From: an uncultured Desulfospira sp.
Lineage (GTDB): Bacteria > Desulfobacterota > Desulfobacteria > Desulfobacterales > Desulfobacteraceae
Reading direction: 5' to 3'
DNA: 64,000 bases
Assembly (NCBI GenBank): GCA_963663165.1
Contig: OY760175.1
Location: 384,001-448,000, forward strand
Below, one piece after another: positions 9,448 through 17,889 of the stretch. Each line of letters opens with the position of its first letter. Position 1 is the first letter of the stretch. Position numbers and translations under genes: made by a program. The notes beneath the pieces are model-generated. The model made no database searches. It saw only the letters and a list, made by a program, of their open reading frames with translations, and was not told where the DNA came from.

Positions 9448-11754
9448 TTAGAAAAATATGTCGCTGTCAAAATTATCTATGTCTTTGATCTCAAATCCTC
9501 TGCCTGGAGTGTAATATTTATCATTTAAAAAATTATAACATCCGATCTGATCAGAAATAACAGATGGATCGATTTTTTTTGAGGTCCAAATAGAAACCGT
9601 AACTTGGGCGATTCTTGATTTTAATTTTCTTAACTGCCGTTCTCGACTCCATCTGTCATCTATTTCAATGGCGAGCCTCAATTCTTCATGAAGCAGACCA
9701 GAACCGGCTGGTGGTTCATCTTGAGATGCGACAATAAAATCTATTTTTTCATGATCTCCGCGAAGCAGTTTTTTTACATTGAGATCTTCTCGCCAAAAAG
9801 CCCAGTCATCAGCAAATCGTTTTCCAACATTCATGCCTTCTTTAATAAGACGAAAATACTCAGTAATTAATTGAAACACATTCTCTTCCGGTATTGTCTC
9901 TGAAGCTTGGTTTAATATAACGCCTGTATATTCTAAAAGAGTTTTATCGTAAACAAGCCTGGAATATTTTGTATTGTTTTGGCCACATAAATTTACGATT
10001 TCAACATCAGCTCTTTTTTTTGTTCCATTACGATTGCACCGGCCAGCACATTGAACCAGGGAATCGATAGGGGCAAAATCTCTTATGACCAAGTCCATAT
10101 CGATATCTACTCCAGCTTCAATGCATTGGGTAGCAATAACGAGGCATGGCCCCTCATTTTTAATCTTATCAATATTTTCCAGTCTTTCCTTGGGTGTTAC
10201 GTCTGCGCTAAGAAAATAGGCTGCGCTTTGAATGTGGCTTCCCAGGGAATCCATTACAAATCTGGCGGATTTTCTTGTATTTAAGACAATCAGAATTTTT
10301 TTTTGATGCCAGTTTTCATCGTTTATTCGATGAATGCAGTTCTCAATGAAGGATTCAATTGATATCTTCTCAAGCCTTAAGATCATTTGATATCTGGTTT
10401 GCTGTTCAAATATCTCATCGGGGTTGTTAACCAGTTCCTTGGTTTTTATAAAATTAGGTTGAGTTGCCGACATTATCAAGAACTTAGAATTGAAATTCGT
10501 GGTAAGTGTGGAGACTGCAAGATTCAATGGTTCCCACAATTGAGGTGGTAAAGCCTGAATTTCATCCATGATAATCAAAGCATCAGTTAAATTGTGGAAA
10601 CGCAGCAGATGTTTTTTTTCGGAAGAAAGAAGTGCATACAAAAATTGATCAAAAGTCGTGATGATGAAATCATAATTCCAGGTTTCTGAAAAAAAATCTA
10701 CCGCCTTATTATAATCGTTGTCGATGTCCTGGTCCTCTCCTTCCTTGTACTGACGTCCGGCGATGGAGTGGGCCTCCAGAATTATGTTTTCGGCATTGCA
10801 GCCTGAGAATAACTGTCTGTACTCTTTTACGGTCTGGTCAATGATTGATAAAAACGGCAGCACGATAATTACTTTTCTGGACACAGGTGAACCCATTCTG
10901 TGTGTCAATGCCCATTGAGCTGCGACCAGGGTTTTTCCAAGTCCTGTGGGCAGTGTTACGCTTTCAATATTGGGATCAATGGAACTGTTCTGGATAATCT
11001 GCTGCCTGACAATGGTTCTTTTTTGATTCAGCGGCTCCTTTCTCTGCTTTTCTGTTGTTTTACTGATAATGTAGTTATCTATTAAACACGGGGGTAATTC
11101 AGTTTCTTTAGATCGGTCTGTATTTGAATCTCTGAATTCAGGGCTTAAAGCCAGAAAAGTCCGGTCCGATTCCAAAAGAACGGAAAATAGCAATTGGGCT
11201 TTAAGCCTTGTTAGCGAAGCAATTTCCAGTGAAAGGGTTTCAATATAATTCTCCGGTAAAATATCTTCCAACTGGAGATCGGAATCTTTTTGTTTAAAAT
11301 CAAGCTGTAAATCTAATTCTCGATTCACCTGATCAACGGGATAGAGTCCTATCTTATAGTCGTCTTCGTAAAAGTACAGTGTATTGTAAAATAATTCCTT
11401 GATGGTTGGAAATCTGCCATGATGACGCCATATGGCAGCAGTGACAATCAATGCAAACTCATTTGGGATTTCACTTTTCAACGCATAGGCAAGCCACAGC
11501 AAGAGCGAAACCGGGGTATGGGCCTTTAGAATTGGATCCCCCCTATATTTCTCAGGCGCTTCGATATAGGCTTGGAAGGCCGGGGTGGCTTTCCCAAGAT
11601 CATGGAAGTCAATTGCAAGATTTAGCGGGTAATGAAGCACTTCACAAACTTGATCAGAGTGCTTTTTTTCAATCAGTCTGCCTGCCTGGTGTACTTCATA
11701 AACGTGATCTTTCAACGATTTATACGGCTTGCAATGGGACTGAATCATAGCCAT
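9448..11754 (-). CDS. cas3: Cas3 HD nuclease/helicase
   Basis: FHDLGK and HHG HD-domain motifs; LPTGLGKT, DEIQ, SAT, EAGVDID and QCAGRCNR helicase motifs. Confidence 0.95.
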   Translation of the reverse strand: MAMIQSHCKPYKSLKDHVYEVHQAGRLIEKKHSDQVCEVLHYPLNLAIDFHDLGKATPAFQAYIEAPEKYRGDPILKAHTPVSLLLWLAYALKSEIPNEFALIVTAAIWRHHGRFPTIKELFYNTLYFYEDDYKIGLYPVDQVNRELDLQLDFKQKDSDLQLEDILPENYIETLSLEIASLTRLKAQLLFSVLLESDRTFLALSPEFRDSNTDRSKETELPPCLIDNYIISKTTEKQRKEPLNQKRTIVRQQIIQNSSIDPNIESVTLPTGLGKTLVAAQWALTHRMGSPVSRKVIIVLPFLSIIDQTVKEYRQLFSGCNAENIILEAHSIAGRQYKEGEDQDIDNDYNKAVDFFSETWNYDFIITTFDQFLYALLSSEKKHLLRFHNLTDALIIMDEIQALPPQLWEPLNLAVSTLTTNFNSKFLIMSATQPNFIKTKELVNNPDEIFEQQTRYQMILRLEKISIESFIENCIHRINDENWHQKKILIVLNTRKSARFVMDSLGSHIQSAAYFLSADVTPKERLENIDKIKNEGPCLVIATQCIEAGVDIDMDLVIRDFAPIDSLVQCAGRCNRNGTKKRADVEIVNLCGQNNTKYSRLVYDKTLLEYTGVILNQASETIPEENVFQLITEYFRLIKEGMNVGKRFADDWAFWREDLNVKKLLRGDHEKIDFIVASQDEPPAGSGLLHEELRLAIEIDDRWSRERQLRKLKSRIAQVTVSIWTSKKIDPSVISDQIGCYNFLNDKYYTPGRGFEIKDIDNFDSDIFF

Positions 11755-12473
11755 TGGAGTATATGCTCCCCTGCTTTTACGGCATGTTCCGTTTCGATTG
11801 AAAGTGTATTGCCACCAACCGGGTATAGATATGTTGCATGGGAAAACTGCCTGTCGCTTGTCAGAGCGCGGGGCATACGAATGGATTTTGCCGCCATGTT
11901 CTTTTCAAGAAGATCCTCTATATTCAAAGATACCTGATCCCGACGGATCAATGTTTTTACGTGGTATTTTCCCATGGGTAATGGTTCTACTGCCGAAGTA
12001 TTCACAAAGGTCAGGTCTGCCGCCATTTCAGACAGCCCAAGGCAGGGTGAAAAATGCCACTGTCTGGTTTTAATTCGGCGACATAAATCAGAATAAAAGG
12101 GCTCGGGGATTTGAGCGAAAACGGTATAGTCAGGGCGGATGAGCCATTCCTGAATGATCTGGGTATTTCTTTGGTGTTTTGAAGATCCCAGCGCATTTTT
12201 TGTTACCTGAAACGGTAGCATGCCCGGCGGATCTTTCCTCAAGTTGGCAGTATGCCAATGGGTCAGGGCAGAACCTCCTGAAACGGCAATGTTTGCGTCT
12301 TCAAGCTTTACCTGGCAAGTGTCTTTTTCAAAGCCCATCACGGCACCGAGCAGGCCGAGCAATGCTGTTCGCGGTGGAAATGGGTAGCTTGGGGCCGACG
12401 CATTCGCTTCGGCCCTTAAAAAATGTCCGTATTTCCCCGTGTATTTAAAAATGACACATTGATTGTTTGTCAT
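11745..12473 (-). CDS. cas5: Cas5 (type I-B)
   Basis: GKYGHF...SYPFPPRTALLGLLGAVMG and PCLGLSEM. Confidence 0.93.
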   Translation of the reverse strand: MTNNQCVIFKYTGKYGHFLRAEANASAPSYPFPPRTALLGLLGAVMGFEKDTCQVKLEDANIAVSGGSALTHWHTANLRKDPPGMLPFQVTKNALGSSKHQRNTQIIQEWLIRPDYTVFAQIPEPFYSDLCRRIKTRQWHFSPCLGLSEMAADLTFVNTSAVEPLPMGKYHVKTLIRRDQVSLNIEDLLEKNMAAKSIRMPRALTSDRQFSHATYLYPVGGNTLSIETEHAVKAGEHILQWL

Positions 12474-12489
12474 TGTTTGTCCTCAAAAA

Positions 12490-13425
12490 TTAATCAATTT
12501 TAAGAGCAGTCCAGTCTGCAGGAAGCGCAGATGAAAATTCGATATCCGGTGATGCTTCATATGATATTGCCTCAATTTTTTCAGAAAATTGATTAAGTCT
12601 TTCCAAAAGCTGGTTTAAATCCACCTGATAATCCTTTGGAGAGCTCCATGCCTTTTCTTCTTTCCCATTTTTAGGAACTAAAGCAATATAATCTGACAGG
12701 TTCCCGAATTGAAATTCTGTGTCCTTTTTGTAAGTCAAGGATATCAAAAGCCTCGGGACCTGACCGAATTTGGATCGCGTATTACCGGCACCCCTTACTC
12801 CCTTCCACATGGTTTCAAGCACCGTATTGTAGTCAGTTTCGGTCATCCTGGACAACCGGGCTGAATGCTCGTTTGCAACACCATTAAATCCGATAAGCGC
12901 ATACCTCAACGCATAATAGGCGGTAAAGGTGCCCTGGGTTTTGCTTTCGCTGGAACCAAAGGTCGTTGTGCCATGGATATCTACAGGCTCCGCATCATGC
13001 ATCACCTCTCCATGATTAAACTGCAATGCCCCGGTTAAGGTTTTGGGTACCGGCTTGGCCTCCCAGGTCCCCTCCTGCTTAAAAGCTAATGAGCTGCCAA
13101 ACAATCTGGCATCAATAAAGGAATCCAGAAGGATCGTTACAAGTTCCTCACCGGTGGCTTCTGGTTTCCCTATCTTCTGAAGATGATGGGCTACTCGTCC
13201 GGTCAAGTTGGTGGTCTTGTCTTCAATGGTATCAACAAGGATGGCATGTCCCTGGGTTTTGAACTGATCTCTGATAAACCGTTTCAATCTGACATCCGTG
13301 ACATAGTAGGTGCCGTCCGGCAATACCCTGGGTCGATTTTCATCGGGATCGCCATTTGGGTTCCCCATTTTAATATCATATGCAAAAAACAGTTCCCGCC
13401 TTGAGGTCAATAATTCATTTGTCAT
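12490..13425 (-). CDS. cas7: Cas7 (Csh2-like, type I-B)
   Basis: GNPNGDPDENRPR, VTDVRLKRFIRD, IDARLFG, TRSKFGQVPR. Confidence 0.93.
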   Translation of the reverse strand: MTNELLTSRRELFFAYDIKMGNPNGDPDENRPRVLPDGTYYVTDVRLKRFIRDQFKTQGHAILVDTIEDKTTNLTGRVAHHLQKIGKPEATGEELVTILLDSFIDARLFGSSLAFKQEGTWEAKPVPKTLTGALQFNHGEVMHDAEPVDIHGTTTFGSSESKTQGTFTAYYALRYALIGFNGVANEHSARLSRMTETDYNTVLETMWKGVRGAGNTRSKFGQVPRLLISLTYKKDTEFQFGNLSDYIALVPKNGKEEKAWSSPKDYQVDLNQLLERLNQFSEKIEAISYEASPDIEFSSALPADWTALKID

Positions 13426-13442
13426 CGGTATATCTCCTTAAG

Positions 13443-13868
13443 TTATTTTTTTGTTTCTTTTTTAGTTGAAAACAAATCTGAGGCGATTGATTGGCCTAAA
13501 AGAATAAAGTAGCAGCATGGGGTTTGATCTAACGAAATGGTGTCGCCCAAAAGGGTTCCAAGAGCACCGGCTTCCCTGATGACCTCCCTGAGTTGAGAAC
13601 TGCCTTCAGCATCATATGCCAATAGCTTCTCGCGAATTTTAACGTAAAAGCCCGGCAAATCCTTACCCGTTAGAGTGAGTCTTTTCAGCCATGTCAGGGC
13701 ATTGGCATTGACATTGACCCCTTTGCCCCCCTGAAGGGCAAGCACACGTCCGAATAAGATTCCAAGAATAAAAGCAAACGCTTTTTCGTTACTTGTGATA
13801 CCGGATTCTTCAGAAAAGTACGGTTCAAGATCTTTCATTTTCGGGACGTAGGTTCTTAGGTTTTCCAT
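13443..13868 (-). CDS. Putative internally translated Cas11 small subunit (141 aa, in frame within cas8b)
   Basis: GGAGGT at 13884-13879, 10 nt before an in-frame ATG (MENLRTYVPK...). Confidence 0.55.
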   Translation of the reverse strand: MENLRTYVPKMKDLEPYFSEESGITSNEKAFAFILGILFGRVLALQGGKGVNVNANALTWLKRLTLTGKDLPGFYVKIREKLLAYDAEGSSQLREVIREAGALGTLLGDTISLDQTPCCYFILLGQSIASDLFSTKKETKK

Positions 13869-15440
13869 TTTAATCATTACCTCCATGTGGTGTAAATAAC
13901 TAAGGGCCCAGGCCAGATGTCTGATCCATCCGGCAAAGGTCCACCAGTATGTATCATTTTTTTGTGAAAACCCTTCCTGCAGACAATCGAATTCCGGTTT
14001 TTCTTTTTCAAGGATGGATAGCAGGTACCACCGGGCAGTGGTCAGTATTTCTTCTTCAAACCGCTGTTTAGGAATGGGCTTATTTTTGTATATGGCCTCA
14101 ACCATCAAGCGTTTAAGCTCCGTGAGCTTTCTGCTGGCGTTTACGCTGCCCGCTTTTTTGCCACCCGGTCTTCGCAGCAAGGGGAAAATAAATGAACAAT
14201 TTAGGTCGAACTTAAATTCTTCTATAACGGCGTGAATTGGGAAAAGCGGAGAACTTTTTTCATTAAACTCCCTGTTCAGCTTGTCAATCTGCTTTAGCCT
14301 TGAGGGAAGAATATCGGTAATTTTTCCCGATAGATTTCCCATACTTTGGCCTTTTAGGCTGTCGTTGGACCAAATCACATCAACCGAGCATACAGCCGTA
14401 TGCCTTTTAAAAAGTCTTATCAGTTTTAATTGTTCAATTTTCAGCGCCTCTTGGGGGGCACTGGCAATTTCTTTGATATAGACCTGGTAATCTGCTATGA
14501 ACTTCGAAATTAGATCTGAATCACTGTACAACTCTGGAATCATAAGTGATTCCTGACCGGCAAGGTAGGTGATGAAATTATGATTGACATGAAATTTATA
14601 AACATAAAGCAAATCTGCGCAATGTTCACACAGGGCATATGAGAGATGGGCATTCTGGTTGGTTATCCCCGGAAATGCACCCTCACGGTCAATATTAAAA
14701 ATATTCATCCCGGCTTTGGACAGACCCGCAGCAAACCCTTTGACATTTTTCGACCCGCAGCAGGGGCATTGGTCCAGGTCAACAGGTTTTGCTTTGGCCA
14801 AGGAATATTTTTTTTCACCGTCCAGCATGGTGGCCAGATAATTCCTATATCCTGAAACCTGTCCAGGGAGACAGCCTTGTGTTTTAAACGCTAAAAAGAC
14901 TGGCTTTGATTCGGGAATAATCTCAACTGCGGTATGAAAAGCATTATGCTTGCACTCGTGAAGTTCTCCAGCATAATAAAGCCTTGCGTGGCTGAAGACC
15001 CGGTGACATTCTTTAAAAAAACCTGCCCACTCCTTTTCTGATGTTGAAAATTTTTCAAAATTTTTAAGGGTGGAGGTGATGATCTGCAGGGTGGGGCCCG
15101 GACCTTTCTGCTTGGAATAGGAGCGCTTGATGACAGGGCCGATTTGCGGAGACCGAGGACCGCTTGGTTTGTTAAAAGGCAGAAAAGAGGCTACATTTTC
15201 ACCTAATGATTCAATGGAAGCACTCTCAAGAATTGTACCGTTTTCATCTTCCGGAGATTGACTCAGGGTATAATATTTTTCTATCTTTCCGGATGGTTCA
15301 ACCAGAAAGGGGAAAAATCGCCCCGGATCTCTATTCTTTTCTTGGACAAACCATTGTCTCAGATCCTCCGGAAGGGGATTGATACCCTCAAGGTTTTTCC
15401 AAAGATGACAGAGTGCCAGGTTTTGCATTATATCAAGCAT
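13443..15440 (-). CDS. cas8b: Cas8b large subunit (TM1802/Csh1-like)
   Basis: 665 aa between cas6 and cas7; CPCC and LCEHC Zn ligands; helical C-terminus with AFILGILFG and YFILLG. Confidence 0.8.
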   Translation of the reverse strand: MLDIMQNLALCHLWKNLEGINPLPEDLRQWFVQEKNRDPGRFFPFLVEPSGKIEKYYTLSQSPEDENGTILESASIESLGENVASFLPFNKPSGPRSPQIGPVIKRSYSKQKGPGPTLQIITSTLKNFEKFSTSEKEWAGFFKECHRVFSHARLYYAGELHECKHNAFHTAVEIIPESKPVFLAFKTQGCLPGQVSGYRNYLATMLDGEKKYSLAKAKPVDLDQCPCCGSKNVKGFAAGLSKAGMNIFNIDREGAFPGITNQNAHLSYALCEHCADLLYVYKFHVNHNFITYLAGQESLMIPELYSDSDLISKFIADYQVYIKEIASAPQEALKIEQLKLIRLFKRHTAVCSVDVIWSNDSLKGQSMGNLSGKITDILPSRLKQIDKLNREFNEKSSPLFPIHAVIEEFKFDLNCSFIFPLLRRPGGKKAGSVNASRKLTELKRLMVEAIYKNKPIPKQRFEEEILTTARWYLLSILEKEKPEFDCLQEGFSQKNDTYWWTFAGWIRHLAWALSYLHHMEVMIKMENLRTYVPKMKDLEPYFSEESGITSNEKAFAFILGILFGRVLALQGGKGVNVNANALTWLKRLTLTGKDLPGFYVKIREKLLAYDAEGSSQLREVIREAGALGTLLGDTISLDQTPCCYFILLGQSIASDLFSTKKETKK

Positions 15441-15454
15441 GGACCCACTCCTTT

Positions 15455-16126
15455 TTATAGTATTTTCTGGATGGTGCCGAATCCCCGTGATACTGATTTC
15501 CCAAGTCCTATATAGTCCGGCAATAGAAAATTTGTTTTAAAAATGCCTTTAAACCCGATCATCGATTTACCCTTTAAAGTAGTTTTCGATGGCTTAATGC
15601 TAAGGTCTGTTTCAATTCTCTGGTCTCGTTCTAAATGGCAGCCAAGATATTTGGCACAGGACAGGATATTTCCGGTAAGAATTTTTTTAAGAAGTGATTT
15701 TTTGTCCCTGCTGTCAGCCATTTCGGTAAACAGGTTATAATTGTGCTGATTTAATGCCAGCCATAACGATTTAAATTCATACATAAATGTTTCTGGCGAG
15801 AATCCGAAATCCGTATTTTCGATTTTCAGATTTTTTTCATTAATTGGAATAACCTTGCCTTCAATGTCGACTTTGTCCAGTGTCATGAAAATTTGCATGA
15901 ATATCTGAATCGCTTTTTCTGTCAAGGCGATTATACAGGGCGTCTGATCAACAAGTTTAAACTGGATCAAAGGATATCGATAAATGTGTTGGCCGGTTTT
16001 TGTATTATGGTTGTGAACCAGATCATACTCGGAAAATACGTTGCCGACATAACCCCTGAATTTATGGATCTGGGAGGGGGTTAGGCGGATGTCATTAAAA
16101 TAAAGAGATGCTTTTTTCACAATCAT
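15455..16126 (-). CDS. cas6: Cas6 (Cas6b-like) crRNA endoribonuclease
   Basis: FRGY, LVHNH, YRYPLIQFK and the C-terminal G-rich loop IGLGKSVSRGFG. Confidence 0.92.
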   Translation of the reverse strand: MIVKKASLYFNDIRLTPSQIHKFRGYVGNVFSEYDLVHNHNTKTGQHIYRYPLIQFKLVDQTPCIIALTEKAIQIFMQIFMTLDKVDIEGKVIPINEKNLKIENTDFGFSPETFMYEFKSLWLALNQHNYNLFTEMADSRDKKSLLKKILTGNILSCAKYLGCHLERDQRIETDLSIKPSKTTLKGKSMIGFKGIFKTNFLLPDYIGLGKSVSRGFGTIQKIL

Positions 16127-16141
16127 TATTCCAGTATTAGC

Positions 16142-16342
16142 TTAAAATTTGTGATGATTGTTTTTGCTACAGCCAATCTGTAATCCAAATGAAAAATTTA
16201 AAGAAAACAAATAAGTCTTTCGTGACGGAATTGTACCCATCGTCGGTTTGGCAAGTTTGATTTTTGTGAAAACTGAATCCGAATAGTTGCTGACATTTTT
16301 TTTAAGGGTCATGAAATGGTTTGGGATCAAATTTTTGTTCAT
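16142..16342 (-). CDS. Small hypothetical ORF (66 aa) upstream of cas6; candidate CRISPR-repressed toxin or leader peptide
   Basis: Strong GGAGG SD (16352-16348) before the ATG; stop 15 bp before cas6; no recognisable family. Confidence 0.45.
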   Translation of the reverse strand: MNKNLIPNHFMTLKKNVSNYSDSVFTKIKLAKPTMGTIPSRKTYLFSLNFSFGLQIGCSKNNHHKF

Positions 16343-16364
16343 TCTTACCTCCAAATTTGGCCTA

Positions 16365-16389
16365 CATAGTTAATCCTATATCACATTAA
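16365..16389 (-). promoter_or_regulatory. Predicted target of the crRNA-like RNA (TTA PAM + ATGTGATATAGGATT)
   Basis: 13/15 identity to the spacer starting at 16505, mismatched only at positions 6 and 12; lies between TTGACA (16435-16430) and the SD of the small ORF. Confidence 0.75.
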
Positions 16390-16443
16390 AAATTTTGTGT
16401 GGCTTTAATCTTTTCATCTTCTGTCATTTTGTCAAGAAAAAAC

Positions 16444-16472
16444 TTGAAAATAAAAATACCAATACCCATAAT
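16444..16472 (+). promoter_or_regulatory. Sigma70 promoter TTGAAA-17 bp-CATAAT for the crRNA-like RNA
   Basis: Exact 17-bp spacing; predicted +1 near 16479, inside degenerate repeat 1; divergent from the cas6 operon. Confidence 0.65.
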
Positions 16473-16477
16473 TAGCT

Positions 16478-16558
16478 ATCCATGTCAGAAAAAAGGATTG
16501 AAAAATGTGCTATAGAATTTAGCTATGACTGCTAATCCATTATAATAAGGATCGAATT
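16478..16558 (+). ncRNA. crRNA-like regulatory RNA (CreR/CreA type): degenerate repeat, short spacer, degenerate repeat
   Basis: Repeat 1 is ATCCAT...AAGGATTGAAAA (11 of the last 12 nt of the array repeat); repeat 2 (16532-16558) is 20/27 identical; both keep the ATCC/GGAT stem. Confidence 0.75.
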
Positions 16559-16563
16559 TGCAG

Positions 16564-16863
16564 TTAAAAAAACTTGGATAAAATTTCATCATTCACCAAT
16601 TTCCTGTCAAAGCCTTGGCCCAACACCTGGATGCGTCTAAAGTCCTCCTGGCAGAATGGGAAGAGATAAACACTGTCCGTGTCTTCGTCCATGAGATCCA
16701 GACAGTATTCGGCCAGCTCGTCGAAACGGCTGGTGTCCAGGTGGCCCAAAAAGATGCTTTTCTGGACGCGGGTCAAGCCGTATTTTTTGCAGACCTTTGC
16801 AATTTTACTCCGGACCTTATTCTCGGCAATGTCATACATGATCCAGGCGAGGATGGAACTCAT
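16564..16863 (-). CDS. cas2: Cas2
   Basis: MYDI...RSKIAKVCKKYGLTRVQKSIFLG and DSVYLFP. Confidence 0.95.
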   Translation of the reverse strand: MSSILAWIMYDIAENKVRSKIAKVCKKYGLTRVQKSIFLGHLDTSRFDELAEYCLDLMDEDTDSVYLFPFCQEDFRRIQVLGQGFDRKLVNDEILSKFF

Positions 16864-17876
16864 TAAAACTCCTTTATTGTAAGCCAGTCAGGGCGGACCA
16901 TATCGGAATCTTCTAAAAGGATATTGGCCAGGCGGTGTGCCTCGTGACTGATTATATGTTTTCGTTTGACGTTTTTCCTGCGATAGCGAACTTTTTCCTC
17001 CAAATGTTTGTTCAATGCATCTATGACCTGTGGTTTGCCTTTTGTATTCAGTGTGCAGGAATGTTCCTGGACATCGAAGTATTCACCTTTTGCCTTTTTG
17101 CCGGTGAAAAAATACACCGCCACCTGATCAGCAAAGATTCGGAAGGGTTCAATAAGGTCAAAGACCAGGGACTTTTTATTGTAGTTATCGGAATGCATAA
17201 AGCCCACAAAGGGATCAAGTCCGGCAATGATGCAGGCTTTCTCAACCCGCGAATAAAGGACCCCATAACAATAGTTCAGGGCAGCGTTAAAGGGATTCAG
17301 TGCCGGATGCCTTGACCGGCCTTTGAACCGGTATTTTTCCGGCATGACTTTAGAAATGCAGGAAAAATATGCCCGGCCGGCTGCTCCTTCAAGGCCCATG
17401 ATAAGAGATCGGGATTTATCAAGATCGCTAAGATCACAATTCAATGCTTCAAGGGAACCCTCAATGGTATGAATGGGGGCGTCAAACATATCCTTTTTAT
17501 CCCGTCGGGCATATTTGAGTTTTTTCAGAAAGGCAATCTGGTTTTCCAGTTTGTTTTGTATCATACCAATGACCAGCCTTACCCCGGTCTCGTCTTCAGC
17601 TGCTTGAAGCTGCTTTCTTCGGATCAGTGCGGTAGAACCCATTTTTGAAAACCATACCCTGCCCAAAGGGAAACCATATTTGTCCAGAAATACCAGGTCA
17701 ATATTGTGCTCCAGGGCCAGGGAGATAGCAGCGGTAGAAACCATTGCCTGGTTGGAAACAATAATTGATTCCAGCTTCAATGGTGATAATTCCAGTTTGT
17801 TTTCCCTGTTCTGAAACAAAAAAATTTCATTTTTCTGTTTAACCAGGGTGCCGGGAGAGTTAACTATTAATTGGAT
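16863..17876 (-). CDS. cas1: Cas1; the likely start is a non-canonical ATC at 17876
   Basis: MGLEGAAGRAYF, NAALNYCYGVLY, GFMH and SLVFDLIEPFR; the frame extends 19 codons past the ORF-track start to ATC-CAA-TTA (IQLIVNSPG) behind an AAGGAG SD. Confidence 0.92.
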   Translation of the reverse strand: MQLIVNSPGTLVKQKNEIFLFQNRENKLELSPLKLESIIVSNQAMVSTAAISLALEHNIDLVFLDKYGFPLGRVWFSKMGSTALIRRKQLQAAEDETGVRLVIGMIQNKLENQIAFLKKLKYARRDKKDMFDAPIHTIEGSLEALNCDLSDLDKSRSLIMGLEGAAGRAYFSCISKVMPEKYRFKGRSRHPALNPFNAALNYCYGVLYSRVEKACIIAGLDPFVGFMHSDNYNKKSLVFDLIEPFRIFADQVAVYFFTGKKAKGEYFDVQEHSCTLNTKGKPQVIDALNKHLEEKVRYRRKNVKRKHIISHEAHRLANILLEDSDMVRPDWLTIKEF

Positions 17877-17889
17877 ATCAAATCTCCTT

